Counted from the first letter of the stretch, positions 1-10,587 are shown. The stretch: DNA of 64,000 bases from an uncultured Bacilli bacterium (GCA_910583945.1 CAJTYF010000005.1:1402-65401); one strand, 5' to 3'. The notes: generated by a model from the letters alone, not told the origin. Translations and numbers: made by a program.

Positions 1-3
1 TTT

Positions 4-516
4 TTGTCTATTTTTGCTAATTTTTCTTTTTTGAAAAACTTCTTTAATACGACCTCTTCTTATCAATCATTTTTGAAAAAGTTCTTTGATTTGATGAGTT
101 TTCATATTTATCTGAGTTTGAAAGATCTTCAATTTTATAATTTATTATTTGAAAAAGAAAAAGATGAAATTAAATTGGCCCCTATCTATGATTTTGATTT
201 TTCTTTTAATGTGACTTGGAGTCCTTATTATACTTATCATTCCGAATTTGGTCAGTTTATTCTTCCCACTCCTTCCTTTGAGTGCTCGAAAAAGAAGAAT
301 TATGAATATGATGATTTAAAAACCTTTGAAACGCTTCTTCAACTTTATCCGGAATTTAAAGTATCTTTACTAAAAATACTTGATATTTCAATTGAAAAAA
401 TAATAGAAGAAGTTGGATCTTTTTTAGATTATTCTTTTTCAGAGCATTTATTTGAACATTATATTGAACAAGACGAGATTAAAAAGGAATTAATTCGCGG
501 TTTAAAACTAAAATAG
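4..516 (+). CDS. hypothetical protein; frame is open to the window edge, so probably 5'-truncated
   Basis: The frame is open from base 1. No catalytic motif was recognised. A faint 'KLAPIYDFD' resemblance to HipA-C-like kinases is too weak to call. Confidence 0.3.
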   Translation: MSIFANFSFLKNFFNTTSSYQSFLKKFFDLMSFHIYLSLKDLQFYNLLFEKEKDEIKLAPIYDFDFSFNVTWSPYYTYHSEFGQFILPTPSFECSKKKNYEYDDLKTFETLLQLYPEFKVSLLKILDISIEKIIEEVGSFLDYSFSEHLFEHYIEQDEIKKELIRGLKLK

Positions 517-569
517 CATTTTTTTCTTTACTGTTTTAGTGTATAATTAAATTATCTTAGGTGATTTTA

Positions 570-971
570 ATGGACTGGATTGAAGAAATAAAGTATTTAA
601 TGAAAGATATTGTAGTGGAGAGAGAAGAAACTTTAGGCTTTATGATTTATTTTAATTTTATTTTTTTTATAACTTTTTATTACAATAAAAATTGTTTTAA
701 TTTAATAAAATACATTAATTTTTCTTTTCAAAATCTTTTAAGTGAGCTTGAGTTTGAAAATCAAATTAGAATTGATAAAATAGATTTTTTGGAAAATTCT
801 AAAGTAAGAGCCTATAAATTTTCTAAATTTAAACAAAAAATGAATGATTTTATACTTAATTTTTCTTTAACCTCTGATAATTATTTTACTTTATTTTATG
901 AAAATATTGGTCAAAAAGAAGTTGAAATGATTCGAAAGTTGATGTCAAAAGGTGATTCTTATGCAAGTTAA
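570..971 (+). CDS. hypothetical protein
   Basis: ORF with ATG at 570, preceded by a 'taggtga' RBS and an extended -10-like 'tgtataat' near 538-546. No family recognised. Confidence 0.35.
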   Translation: MDWIEEIKYLMKDIVVEREETLGFMIYFNFIFFITFYYNKNCFNLIKYINFSFQNLLSELEFENQIRIDKIDFLENSKVRAYKFSKFKQKMNDFILNFSLTSDNYFTLFYENIGQKEVEMIRKLMSKGDSYAS

Positions 972-1596
972 TTTAGACGGTTATTTAATAGATGTTGTTT
1001 TCGTTCGAAAAAAAAATAAAAATATTTATTTTAGATTTAAAGAAGATGGCAAGCTTTATGCCACTTGTCCAAGACTTTTAAAAGAGGAAGAAGTATTTAA
1101 TCTTATTGAAAACAATAAAAAAAAGATTTTAAAAATGTATTTAAGTGTTACAAAAATGAAAGAAAATAATTTGTTTTTTAATTATTTAGGAAAAAAATAT
1201 ACAATTCTTTATGATGAAACGGTTAAAGCTTGTCGGTTTGATGGTGATATTGTACTTACTAAAAATGAAAAGATGCTTCATCAATTTTATTTGCAAGAAG
1301 TAAAGAGAGTTTTTACAGAAGAAGTAAAGCGTTTACTTCCTTATTTTAAAAATATTCCTGACTTTCAGCTTAAATTTCGTTCTATGAAAACAAGATGGGG
1401 CGTTAATAATCGAGGAAATAATACTATTACCTTAAATACGGAGCTTTTGAAAAAGGATATTGATTTACTCGATTATGTGATTATTCATGAATTGTGTCAT
1501 TTTTACGAAGGCAATCATAGTTATCGTTTTTGGGAACAGGTTTCAAAGTATTATCCAGATTATAAAAGAGCTAGAAAGAGGTTACGAGAAGAATGA
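961..1596 (+). CDS. YgjP/DUF45-type (M48/SprT-like) zinc metallohydrolase
   Basis: C-terminal 'HELCHFYEGNHSYRFWEQVSKYYPDYKRARKRL' is the hallmark HExxH...NHSxxFW...P(D/E)yk block of the DUF45 family. ATG at 961. Confidence 0.85.
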   Translation: MQVNLDGYLIDVVFVRKKNKNIYFRFKEDGKLYATCPRLLKEEEVFNLIENNKKKILKMYLSVTKMKENNLFFNYLGKKYTILYDETVKACRFDGDIVLTKNEKMLHQFYLQEVKRVFTEEVKRLLPYFKNIPDFQLKFRSMKTRWGVNNRGNNTITLNTELLKKDIDLLDYVIIHELCHFYEGNHSYRFWEQVSKYYPDYKRARKRLREE

Positions 1597-2324
1597 GAAT
1601 CGAGTCTTTAGAAAATAAAAAAGTCAAAGAGTGGGCCAAATTAAAAATAAAAAAGTATCGAGATCAAAAAGGGTTATTTTTAATTGAAGGGGATCATTTA
1701 TTAAAAGAAGCTTTAAAGAAAAATTGTGTGCAAGAGATTTTGGCAAACGATGTACGATTTAAAGTAGAAGGCATACTTTTTTTTGAAGTGAGTGAAGCTA
1801 TTTTAAAAAAACTTTCAAGTCAGGACAGTGGAACAAGTGTTTTAGCGGTTTGTAAAAAACAATATTCTCATGAAATTAAAGGAAATGTGTGTATGTTGGA
1901 TGGCGTTCAAGATCCAGGAAATTTAGGGACTATTCTACGAAGTTGTGTTGCTTTTGGTATTGATACACTTGTTAGTAGTTTGGATACAGTTGATTTTTAT
2001 AACGAGAAGGTTATACGTGCTAGTGAAGGAAGCCTTTTTCATTTGAATTTATTAAAAAAAGATTTAAAAGAAATGATAAAAGAGTTAAAGAAACAAGACT
2101 ATTTTATTTATGCAACGAATGTTCATAAGGGAGCCAATATAAAAGAAATGACTCTAAAAAATAAATATGCTATAATAATGGGGAATGAAGGTAATGGTGT
2201 AGAGGAAGCAGTACAGAATTTAGCCGATGAACTTCTCTATATTCCTATGAGTGAAGGCGTAGAAAGTTTAAATGTTGGTGTGGCAACAAGTATTCTTTTA
2301 TATGAATTTTATAAGGAGGATTAG
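1593..2324 (+). CDS. TrmH/SpoU-family RNA 2'-O-methyltransferase
   Basis: SpoU motifs 'LDGVQDPGNLGTILRS', 'IIMGNEGNGV' and 'IPM..GVESLNVGVATSILLYE'. ATGA overlap with the upstream gene. Confidence 0.85.
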   Translation: MRIESLENKKVKEWAKLKIKKYRDQKGLFLIEGDHLLKEALKKNCVQEILANDVRFKVEGILFFEVSEAILKKLSSQDSGTSVLAVCKKQYSHEIKGNVCMLDGVQDPGNLGTILRSCVAFGIDTLVSSLDTVDFYNEKVIRASEGSLFHLNLLKKDLKEMIKELKKQDYFIYATNVHKGANIKEMTLKNKYAIIMGNEGNGVEEAVQNLADELLYIPMSEGVESLNVGVATSILLYEFYKED

Positions 2325-2326
2325 AT

Positions 2327-2557
2327 ATGCATAGGTATGAAAGTCGTCTATATGATCAAATTAAAGAAAGATTGATAGAAACTTATGGTTATTCTGAATT
2401 GATGGAGTTAATGGTTTTTGAGAATGAGTTAGGAAAAAATGAATTCTATATAAAAGATTGTATAAATGGTGAGATAAAAACTTTAACTGTTGTTGATTCT
2501 CAACTTATTTTTAATATAGAAATTGCTTGTTTACTCGTTGTGGAAGATAAAAGATGA
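2327..2557 (+). CDS. hypothetical small protein
   Basis: 76-aa ORF tightly packed between the methyltransferase and rimM (ATGA overlap with rimM). No family recognised. Confidence 0.4.
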   Translation: MHRYESRLYDQIKERLIETYGYSELMELMVFENELGKNEFYIKDCINGEIKTLTVVDSQLIFNIEIACLLVVEDKR

Positions 2558-3048
2558 AACAATATGTATACATAGGAAAAATTGTTAATACTCATGGCAT
2601 TAAAGGTGAAGTTCGAATTCTTTCCCATTTTGAAAAAAAGGAATTAGTTTTTAAAAATGGTATGTCTTTTTATATAGGAGAATTAAAAAATGAATTTAAA
2701 GTTGTAGATTATCGTCCTCATAAAAATTTTGATATGGTAACTTTTGAAGGCATTCAATCTATAAATGATGTACTCGTTTATAAAGGGAAAAAAGTATTTG
2801 TGAAAAGAAAGGATTTAAATCTTTTAAAAAACGATTATTTATATGAGGATTTAATAGGTTTAGCGGTTTATGATGAAGAAAAAGAGATTGGAAAGGTTTT
2901 AGAAGTTTGGAATGCTAAGGGGAACGTTTTACTTGAGGTTCAATATGAAAAAAATTATTATATTCCTTTAAAATCTGACTATATTAAAAAAATTGATTTA
3001 GAGCAGCATAAGATTATAACCTCAAAAGGAAGTGCACTTATTTTATGA
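2554..3048 (+). CDS. rimM: 16S rRNA processing protein RimM
   Basis: N-terminal 'IGKIVNTHGIKGEVRI' is the RimM signature. Lies immediately upstream of trmD, as in most bacteria. Confidence 0.9.
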   Translation: MKQYVYIGKIVNTHGIKGEVRILSHFEKKELVFKNGMSFYIGELKNEFKVVDYRPHKNFDMVTFEGIQSINDVLVYKGKKVFVKRKDLNLLKNDYLYEDLIGLAVYDEEKEIGKVLEVWNAKGNVLLEVQYEKNYYIPLKSDYIKKIDLEQHKIITSKGSALIL

Positions 3049-3707
3049 AAATTGATATTTTAACTTTATTTCCAGCGATGTTTGATGGTTTTTTAAATGA
3101 ATCCATTATTAAAAGAGCACGAGAAAAGAATTTAGTGGAAATTCGTATTATTAATTTTAGAGATTTTTCAGAGCTATCTAATCATCAAGTCGATGATACG
3201 CCTTATGGAGGCGGTGGTGGAATGGTTCTTCGTTGTGAACCTTTAGTCTGTGCCATTGAAAACCTTCGAACTCCAAAAAGTAAGGTTATCCTAATGTGCC
3301 CACAAGGAAAAAGCTTTAAAGAATCTTACGCTCAGTCTTTAGCTTTGGAAAAACATCTTATTTTGGTGTGTGGTCATTATGAAGGCTTTGATGAACGCAT
3401 TCGAGCATTTGTGGATGAAGAAATTTCGATTGGGGATTATGTATTGACGGGAGGAGAACTTCCAGCTATGGTGATTACTGATGCCATTACACGTCTACTT
3501 CCGGGAGTGATAAAAAAAGAATCATGGGAACAGGAATCCTTTCAAGAAAATTTACTAGATTATCCTACGTATACGAAACCAAGTGTGTTTAGAGGGTTAA
3601 AAGTACCAGAAGTTTTATTGAGTGGGGATCATAAAAAGATAAAAGAATGGCGTTATCAAGAGCAAGTCAAAAAAACAAAAGAAAAAAGAAATGATCTTTT
3701 AAAGTAA
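3045..3707 (+). CDS. trmD: tRNA (guanine37-N1)-methyltransferase TrmD
   Basis: 'IDILTLFPAMF', 'DDTPYGGGGGMV', 'CGHYEGFDERI' and 'SIGDYVLTGGELPAMV' are all canonical TrmD blocks. Confidence 0.95.
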   Translation: MKIDILTLFPAMFDGFLNESIIKRAREKNLVEIRIINFRDFSELSNHQVDDTPYGGGGGMVLRCEPLVCAIENLRTPKSKVILMCPQGKSFKESYAQSLALEKHLILVCGHYEGFDERIRAFVDEEISIGDYVLTGGELPAMVITDAITRLLPGVIKKESWEQESFQENLLDYPTYTKPSVFRGLKVPEVLLSGDHKKIKEWRYQEQVKKTKEKRNDLLK

Positions 3708-3709
3708 GG

Positions 3710-4159
3710 GTGAGTGTTTTGAAGAGTTATGTTGTTAAAAAGAAGAATAAAAATAAAAAAATTAGTAAGTTTAAGATAAAAAAAGATGGTTATGAATTTA
3801 AACCAAATGTAAGAAAAGAAAATTTGATTAAAATTGATTCTTTAACCATTTATAATTTAGAAATGATAGAACGTCTTTTAGAAAAAAAGATAGAGATTTC
3901 TTTTCGAAAATTGACTAAACTTGTTTTAAATGAGATAAATGATGAAGATGGCAATCAAGGCGGGATATGCATAGCTTTAAATGAACTAACAAAATTAAAA
4001 AGTGTATTGATGAACGAATTTAAAGCTTTTATTAAAAAAGAGGATTATGATAAGTATATGAAGCGATTAAAATTATATGAAAAAGAATTGAAAAATAAAC
4101 TGATTTTTTTAGAAGAAAAGGAAAAACACAGAGAGGAGGAAGAGGTTAAACATCGATAA
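3710..4159 (+). CDS. hypothetical lysine/glutamate-rich coiled-coil protein
   Basis: 149-aa ORF with a non-ATG start in the position where rplS usually follows trmD. No similarity to L19 is visible. Confidence 0.35.
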   Translation: MSVLKSYVVKKKNKNKKISKFKIKKDGYEFKPNVRKENLIKIDSLTIYNLEMIERLLEKKIEISFRKLTKLVLNEINDEDGNQGGICIALNELTKLKSVLMNEFKAFIKKEDYDKYMKRLKLYEKELKNKLIFLEEKEKHREEEEVKHR

Positions 4160-4163
4160 ATAC

Positions 4164-4192
4164 TAGACAAATGCTTTGAAATGTGATATTAT
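4164..4192 (+). promoter_or_regulatory. sigma-A-like promoter of the polysaccharide locus (TAGACA-17-TGaTATTAT)
   Basis: tagaca at 4164-4169, a 17-nt spacer, tattat at 4187-4192 with TG at 4184-4185. It covers the GTG at 4183 used by the ORF track, which argues for the ATG at 4240 as the true start. Confidence 0.45.
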
Positions 4193-4239
4193 GTAACCAA
4201 TATTTGTTTGGGGCTGTATTTGAAAGGGGTAATTTGGAT

Positions 4240-4914
4240 ATGAATTCGGATAAAGTCTTGGTTAGAGAAAATGTTGAAACTTTGCATTTAAGTCATTCGA
4301 TTTACTTAAAAGTAAAGAGAATATTTGATGTGATGATAGGACTTTTTGGAATAGTAATGGTTTTGCCACTTGCTTTTATCATAAAAGCAATCTCTATTTA
4401 CAATAGAGATTATAATAGTATATTTTTTAAACAACAAAGAATAGGAAAAGATGGAAAATTGTTTTGGATGTATAAATTTAGAACAATGGTTCCTAATGCG
4501 GATGAAATGCTTGAAAATTTAATGAAAAGTGACGCGACTTTTAGAGAGGAATATACTGTCAATAAAAAGGTAAAGAACGATCCGAGAGTGACTAAAGCTG
4601 GAAAGTTTTTACGTAAGACTTCTTTAGATGAAATGCCTCAATTTATTAATGTCTTTTTAGGACAAATGAGTTTAGTAGGTAATCGACCTTATTTACCCCG
4701 TGAAAAGGAAGATATGGGGATTTATTTTAATCAAATTGTTAAAACTAAACCTGGTATTACGGGATTGTGGCAAACGAGTGGTAGAAGTAACGTTACTTTT
4801 AATGAAAGAGTACAAATTGAGTCTAGGTATAGCTCTTTACAAAGTGCAAAGACTGATGTCAAAATTATAAAAAATACCATTGTTCAAGTGGTAAAAAAAG
4901 ATGGAGCTATGTAA
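4240..4914 (+). CDS. initiating sugar-phosphate transferase (bacterial sugar transferase family, EpsL/CpsE/WbaP C-terminal type)
   Basis: 'FKQQRIGKDGKLFWMYKFRTM' and 'DPRVTKAGKFLRKTSLDEMPQFINVFLGQMSLVGNRP' are canonical. One N-terminal TM helix. RBS 'aagggg' before the ATG at 4240. Confidence 0.9.
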   Translation: MNSDKVLVRENVETLHLSHSIYLKVKRIFDVMIGLFGIVMVLPLAFIIKAISIYNRDYNSIFFKQQRIGKDGKLFWMYKFRTMVPNADEMLENLMKSDATFREEYTVNKKVKNDPRVTKAGKFLRKTSLDEMPQFINVFLGQMSLVGNRPYLPREKEDMGIYFNQIVKTKPGITGLWQTSGRSNVTFNERVQIESRYSSLQSAKTDVKIIKNTIVQVVKKDGAM

Positions 4915-5008
4915 AAAGTGAATTAAAAAGGGTATTGAGAGCAAAAGAAAAAGACAGTATGGGATAAGATGCCTAATGCTGTCTTTTTTTGAAAGGAGTA
5001 TGATGTTT

Positions 5009-6268
5009 ATGGAAAAGAAGAAATTGTTAGTTTTTGCAAATTATTTTTATCCAGAAGTGGCTTCTACGGCTCAAATTTTGACTGAATTATGTGATGGCTT
5101 AAAAAAAGACTATGTGATTACTGTCATTTGTTCTGTTCCTTGTTATACTGGAAAAATTGAAGAAAAATATAAAAAAGAAAAATTTTATTATGAAGCGTAT
5201 AACGGGGTTAATATTCTTAGAGTTCGAGTCAAAGAATTTTCAAAAACAAGTAAAAAAAGTAGAATTTTTCATATCTTAAGCTATTTTTTTCATTCGATTG
5301 GAGCGACTTTTAAAGTTGGGAAACAAGATGTTGTTTTTGCCATTTCTCAACCACCAGTATTAGGTGGTATTCTTGGAAATATCGGGCGAATGATTACAAA
5401 AGGAAAATTTATTTATAATATTCAAGATTTTAATCCTGAACAAATTATGGCGGTCAATTATTCTAAAAATAAGTGGCTATTAAAGTTCATGCTGCTGTTT
5501 GATCAACACACATGTAAAAAGGCAAGTTTAGTGATTACTGTTGGAAGAGATATGCAAAAAACGTTAGAACATCGTTTTAAAAATAAAAAGATTCCTAATA
5601 ATAGAGTCATTAATAATTGGACAAATGAAAGTGATATTTATCCTTTAAATAAAGATCATAAAAAAGTAATGGAATTTAAGAAAAAAAACAACTTAGAAAA
5701 TAAATTTATTATTATGTATTCTGGAAATTTAGGACTTTATTATGATTTAGAAAATTTGATTCATTTGTTTTTGAATTTTAAAAATGAAAAAGAAGTTGTA
5801 TTTGCTTTGGTTGGTGAGGGGGCTCTTAAGAAAAAATTAGAGGAAATTGTACGTGAAAATCACGCTGATAATATTACTTTTATACCTTATCAAGATAAAA
5901 AAGATTTGATTTATAGTTTAAATAGTGCGGATGTGCATCTTGTTACCAATGCAAAAGGGATTAAGGGTGTTTCTGTTCCTAGTAAAATCTATGGATGTAT
6001 GGCAACAAATGTTCCGATTTTAGGCATATTAGAAAGGGGTACTGAAGCGTCTCAAATCATTAATGATTCAAAGTGTGGTGTGGTTTGTGAAACCGGTCAC
6101 TATGAAGAAATCGAAAAAAAGTTGAAAATGATTTTAAAAGAAAAAGATTCTTTTATTAAAAAGCATTTGACGGGAAGAAAGTATTTGGAAGAACATTTTA
6201 CAAAAGATAAGTCTATTAAAAAGTACAGTGAAGCGATAGAAAGTGTTTTAAATGGTGATAGAAAATGA
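5009..6268 (+). CDS. GT4-family glycosyltransferase (WcaI/WbuB-like)
   Basis: N-terminal 'KKLLVFANYFYPEVASTAQ' and a C-terminal GT-B block 'MYSGNLG...LVGEG...YGCMATNVPILG'. Confidence 0.85.
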   Translation: MEKKKLLVFANYFYPEVASTAQILTELCDGLKKDYVITVICSVPCYTGKIEEKYKKEKFYYEAYNGVNILRVRVKEFSKTSKKSRIFHILSYFFHSIGATFKVGKQDVVFAISQPPVLGGILGNIGRMITKGKFIYNIQDFNPEQIMAVNYSKNKWLLKFMLLFDQHTCKKASLVITVGRDMQKTLEHRFKNKKIPNNRVINNWTNESDIYPLNKDHKKVMEFKKKNNLENKFIIMYSGNLGLYYDLENLIHLFLNFKNEKEVVFALVGEGALKKKLEEIVRENHADNITFIPYQDKKDLIYSLNSADVHLVTNAKGIKGVSVPSKIYGCMATNVPILGILERGTEASQIINDSKCGVVCETGHYEEIEKKLKMILKEKDSFIKKHLTGRKYLEEHFTKDKSIKKYSEAIESVLNGDRK

Positions 6269-6972
6269 AAAGAGATTATTTTATATCCGTTGCCATGGCT
6301 ACTTATAATGGCGAAAAATATATTAAAGAGCAATTGGAATCTATTTTACTACAATTAGAGAATCAAGACGAAGTAATTGTCTCTGATGATGGTTCTACTG
6401 ATCACACTTTAAAAATTATTGAATCTTTAAATGACCAAAGAATTAAAATTCTTAAAGGGCCACGAAATGGAGTGAAACAAAATTTTGCTCATGCTCTTTC
6501 CTTTTGTAAAGGAAAATATATTTTTTTGTCTGATCAAGATGATATTTGGTTAGAAAATAAAGTTAAGCATGTATTAACTTGTTTTGAAGAAAAAAAATGT
6601 GATTGTATTACCCATAATTGTGATGTTGTCAATTCTAATCATTCTGAAGTATTGATTGAAAGTTTTTTTGATTATAGAAAGTCTACACCTGGCATTTTAT
6701 CTAATATTTATAAAAATAAGTATTTAGGTTGCTGTATGGCTTTTAAAAATGAAATGCTTAAATCTATTTTGCCTATTCCTAATTCAATCGAGATGCATGA
6801 TCAATGGATTGGGCTTATATGTGAAAAGTTTGGTACCTCTATTTTTCTAGATAAAAAGCTTATTCATTATAGAAGACATGATGATAATGTTTCTCAGATG
6901 AAACATTATCCTTTGTTAAAAATGATAAAAAATAGAGTAGTCTTAATTCAACAATTTATAAAAAGAAGGTGA
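6265..6972 (+). CDS. GT2-family glycosyltransferase
   Basis: 'ISVAMATYNGEKYIKEQLESILLQ', 'VIVSDDGSTD' and 'FLSDQDDIW' (DxD) are typical GT-A family 2 motifs. Confidence 0.85.
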   Translation: MKRDYFISVAMATYNGEKYIKEQLESILLQLENQDEVIVSDDGSTDHTLKIIESLNDQRIKILKGPRNGVKQNFAHALSFCKGKYIFLSDQDDIWLENKVKHVLTCFEEKKCDCITHNCDVVNSNHSEVLIESFFDYRKSTPGILSNIYKNKYLGCCMAFKNEMLKSILPIPNSIEMHDQWIGLICEKFGTSIFLDKKLIHYRRHDDNVSQMKHYPLLKMIKNRVVLIQQFIKRR

Positions 6973-6977
6973 ATTTT

Positions 6978-8015
6978 ATGATAGAAATTTCATTTATTAT
7001 TCCAGTTTATAAGAATACTGTAGAAGAAATTGATAAATGTATAGCATCTATAAAAAAGCAAAATATTGAAAAATATGAAATTATTATTGTTAATGATGGG
7101 AGTGATGATGAAAACATTGAAAATTATTTTTTGAAAAAAACTCATCAATGTGATTCTATTATTTACTTGTCGCAAAAAAATAGTGGTTCAGCTGTAGCAA
7201 GAAATAATGGTTTAGAAAAAGCAAAAGGAGAATATGTTTTTTTTGTAGATTCTGATGATCAATTGGCTGATAATTTTTATGGTTATTTTAAAAAAATTGA
7301 GAAACAAGAAACTGATATTATGATTTTTGATTATAGTAATTGGAATCAAGAAGTAGAGAATGTCATTACATTAAATCAAAAAATGAATTTTAATAATAAT
7401 AAAGAACTTCTTTTTTCAAGTGTTATGTTTAATAATAGTATTTATAATGGATTTATGTTTGGAGCAATCTGGGGGAAATGTTTTAAAAGAATTTTCTTAG
7501 AAAAAAATGAATTAAAATTTAGAGATAAATTACGAAAATCACAGGATAGAATGTTTATGCTAGAAAGTTATTTTTATGCTAAAAAAATTGAATACTTTCC
7601 TATTCAAGAGTATCGTTACCGAATTAACGATAATAGTATCTGCCGTCAAATGAATATGAATATGATTGATTATTATTATGAATTATTTATCGAAATGAGT
7701 AATTTTTGTATAAAAAATAGTATTACTATGGATTCCTTTAAATATTTGACTTATGGAATCGTTTCAGAAATGTTGCCATTAACCATTTTTCATATAGATA
7801 ATAAAGAAAAATACAAGGAAAAAAAGAAATTGTATAGAAAAATTTCAATAAAATTTAAATTTGAAAAAGAATTAGAAAATTTATGTTTTAAGGATTTTAA
7901 TACCTTAACTCGAAAAATCAAATTTTTTCTATATAAATATCGCTTGTTTTTTATCCTTTATCTTTATTTTCATTTTAAACAAAAAAAAGAAAGAAAAAAA
8001 TCTTTTAAAAAATAA
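6978..8015 (+). CDS. GT2-family glycosyltransferase
   Basis: 'ISFIIPVYKN', 'IIIVNDGSDD' and 'FVDSDD' motifs. ATG at 6978 after an 'aaggtg' RBS. Confidence 0.85.
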   Translation: MIEISFIIPVYKNTVEEIDKCIASIKKQNIEKYEIIIVNDGSDDENIENYFLKKTHQCDSIIYLSQKNSGSAVARNNGLEKAKGEYVFFVDSDDQLADNFYGYFKKIEKQETDIMIFDYSNWNQEVENVITLNQKMNFNNNKELLFSSVMFNNSIYNGFMFGAIWGKCFKRIFLEKNELKFRDKLRKSQDRMFMLESYFYAKKIEYFPIQEYRYRINDNSICRQMNMNMIDYYYELFIEMSNFCIKNSITMDSFKYLTYGIVSEMLPLTIFHIDNKEKYKEKKKLYRKISIKFKFEKELENLCFKDFNTLTRKIKFFLYKYRLFFILYLYFHFKQKKERKKSFKK

Positions 8016-8027
8016 AGGAGAGTTTTT

Positions 8028-9182
8028 ATGAGAAAGATTTCGATATCTAATGTAATTTTTTATATATCTTATATTATGCTGATTTCTAATGTGATGCTTT
8101 CTAAAGTTACTTTTTTAGAACCTATATTGAATTTTATGCAACTGTTAGCACTATCTTTGATGGGAATTTTGATTGTTTTAAAAAATCAAAGGGTGAAAAA
8201 AAATACTTTTATTCAAATGGTTATTTTTACGATTATTATTATTCTATCTTACATATCTAGCTACCATAGTAGTGTGAGAGATAGTTCTTTGGTAATGATG
8301 TTATTTGTATTATTTTCAGCTAAAAGCATGGAATTTGATAGCCTGATTAAAATGGATTTTAAAATCAAGTGTATTTTATTTATAATGGAATTAATATTTT
8401 ATTTTTTTGATTTGACTAGTGGAAACTCTATTCTATATAGAGAAAATACTATAAGATATACTTTAGGATTTGGTCATCCTAATATTTTAGCTATAACTCT
8501 AGTTTCGATTATATTAGAATATTTTTATTTAAAGAAGGAAAAGATAAAAAAGATTTACTTACTACCTTTAGCCATTTTTATTATTATTATAGATTTATTG
8601 ACTGACAGTAGGAGTAGTTTGATACTTTTAATTTTAGTTTTTATTTTATTCTTATTTAATAATTCATTATTAAGACTGGTTTATAATAAAAAAATGAAAA
8701 AGATAGTTGTTAATAGTTTTTTAATATTTACTTTTGTGTCTTTTCTATTAGTATTTTTATATTCATCGCATACTAAGGTGGGTTTAATATTAAATAAAAT
8801 TTTTTCTAATCGTCTTTATTATATCAGTAAGATTTTAAATTATTATGATGTGAATCTATTAGGCCAAAATTTGATTCTTACTGGAGAAGAAGCAATTTCT
8901 TTGTATGGAAATTATACTCAAACTTTAGATAATTGTTATATTTATTTGCTTTTTCGATTTGGGATTTTTTCATTCTTAGTTATAGGTTATATTTTTAAAA
9001 AAAATTTCGAAATGGCTTATAATGAAAAAAATACTTATTTAATTTGGATTTTATTTTTTTTCACGATTTATGGTTTAATGGAGAAATATACGATTTCAAT
9101 TTTTTATAATGTTTTTATTTTGTATTTTATAAAATCTTTGTACGAGGAAAAATGGAATTTGGAAGTGATATCAGTTGAATAA
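8028..9182 (+). CDS. polytopic membrane protein, probable Wzy-type repeat-unit polymerase (O-antigen ligase-like)
   Basis: About 10 predicted TM segments. Sits between the glycosyltransferases and the flippase. Very low-complexity hydrophobic sequence, as is typical for Wzy. The call rests on context and topology only. Confidence 0.55.
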   Translation: MRKISISNVIFYISYIMLISNVMLSKVTFLEPILNFMQLLALSLMGILIVLKNQRVKKNTFIQMVIFTIIIILSYISSYHSSVRDSSLVMMLFVLFSAKSMEFDSLIKMDFKIKCILFIMELIFYFFDLTSGNSILYRENTIRYTLGFGHPNILAITLVSIILEYFYLKKEKIKKIYLLPLAIFIIIIDLLTDSRSSLILLILVFILFLFNNSLLRLVYNKKMKKIVVNSFLIFTFVSFLLVFLYSSHTKVGLILNKIFSNRLYYISKILNYYDVNLLGQNLILTGEEAISLYGNYTQTLDNCYIYLLFRFGIFSFLVIGYIFKKNFEMAYNEKNTYLIWILFFFTIYGLMEKYTISIFYNVFILYFIKSLYEEKWNLEVISVE

Positions 9183-10587
9183 TATTAAAAAAAATTTTAT
9201 TTATAACTTAATTTATCAATTTCTAATATTATTTATTCCTTTAGTTATTTCTCCTTATATTTCGAGAGTTATGGGCGTTGAAGGCGTTGGAATTTATTCT
9301 TACACTTATTCGGTTGTTTCTTATTTTATGTTATTTGTTTTATTAGGAGTCAATAATTATGGTAATCGTATTATTGCAAAAATTAGAGATGATAAAAAAG
9401 AATTAGCTCGAACTTTTTGGGGAATTTATTTATTCCAACTATTTATGGGTTTATTCATGTTTTTTCTTTATATTGGATATATCTATTTATTCGATGTTGA
9501 ATATAAGATTATAGCTTTAATACAATCTATGTTTATCCTTTCAGCATTAGGAGATATAAATTGGGTTTTTTTTGGATTGGAAGAAATTAAAATTACAATT
9601 TTGCGAAATATTTTAATCAAAGTAGGAACATTAATTTTTATTTTTTTATTTGTTAAAGATTCGAGTGATATAGAAATATATGCAGTTATTATGTCAGGAA
9701 TGGCAATTTTTAGTCAATTATTGTTATGGTCTTTTGTAAAAAAAAAGATTGGATTTATAAAAATAAATATGAAAGAAATATTAAAGCACATAAAACCTAA
9801 TTTGATTTTATTTATTCCAGTTATTGCAATTAGCTTGTATAAAATAATGGATAAAATTATGTTGGGCATTATGTCAAATATTAGTGAAGTCGGTTTTTAT
9901 GAAAATGCTGAAAAAATAATTAATATACCATTAACCTTGATTACAGCTTTAGGAACAGTTATGCTTCCAAGAATATCCAATTTGGTGGTTAAAAGAGAAT
10001 ATAAAAAAATAAATCAATACATTCATAAGTCTATTTTATTGGTTATGTTTATGTCGCTTGCTATGTGTTTTGGTCTTATTTCAATAGGTTATAATTTTGC
10101 TCCGCTTTATTTTGGATATGAATTTCAAAAAACAGGTTTATTGATTATACTTCTTGCACCGACTTTAATTTTTTTATCTTTTGCAAATATTTTAAGGACA
10201 TTATATTTGATTCCTTATGAAAAAGATAAAATATACATTTTGTCTGTTTTTTTAGGAGCATTAGTCAATTTATTGATGAATGTTATTTTTATTCCTAAGC
10301 TTGGAAGTATAGGAGCTTGTTTAGGAACAATTATGGCTGAATTCATAGTTATGTTTTATCAAGCTTTTTTATTGAAAAAGGAACTTGAAATAAATAAGTA
10401 TATTAAAGATATTTTTCCATTTTTTGTTAAAGCTTTAATTATGTTTATTTTAATTTATCCTATTAATTTTTTGAAAATTGAAAATTTTTTGAAAATAATA
10501 ATTCAAATAGTATTTGGAATAATTATTTATTGTTTTTTTAATAAACAATATTTACTGTATTTGTTTTCTTTAAAAAAAAAATCATAA
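9175..10587 (+). CDS. Wzx-type polysaccharide flippase (MOP superfamily)
   Basis: 470 aa, 12-14 TM. N-terminal 'NLIYQFLILFIPLVISPYISRVMGVEGVGIYSY' is typical of the polysaccharide biosynthesis protein family. TTG start. Confidence 0.8.
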   Translation: MNNIKKNFIYNLIYQFLILFIPLVISPYISRVMGVEGVGIYSYTYSVVSYFMLFVLLGVNNYGNRIIAKIRDDKKELARTFWGIYLFQLFMGLFMFFLYIGYIYLFDVEYKIIALIQSMFILSALGDINWVFFGLEEIKITILRNILIKVGTLIFIFLFVKDSSDIEIYAVIMSGMAIFSQLLLWSFVKKKIGFIKINMKEILKHIKPNLILFIPVIAISLYKIMDKIMLGIMSNISEVGFYENAEKIINIPLTLITALGTVMLPRISNLVVKREYKKINQYIHKSILLVMFMSLAMCFGLISIGYNFAPLYFGYEFQKTGLLIILLAPTLIFLSFANILRTLYLIPYEKDKIYILSVFLGALVNLLMNVIFIPKLGSIGACLGTIMAEFIVMFYQAFLLKKELEINKYIKDIFPFFVKALIMFILIYPINFLKIENFLKIIIQIVFGIIIYCFFNKQYLLYLFSLKKKS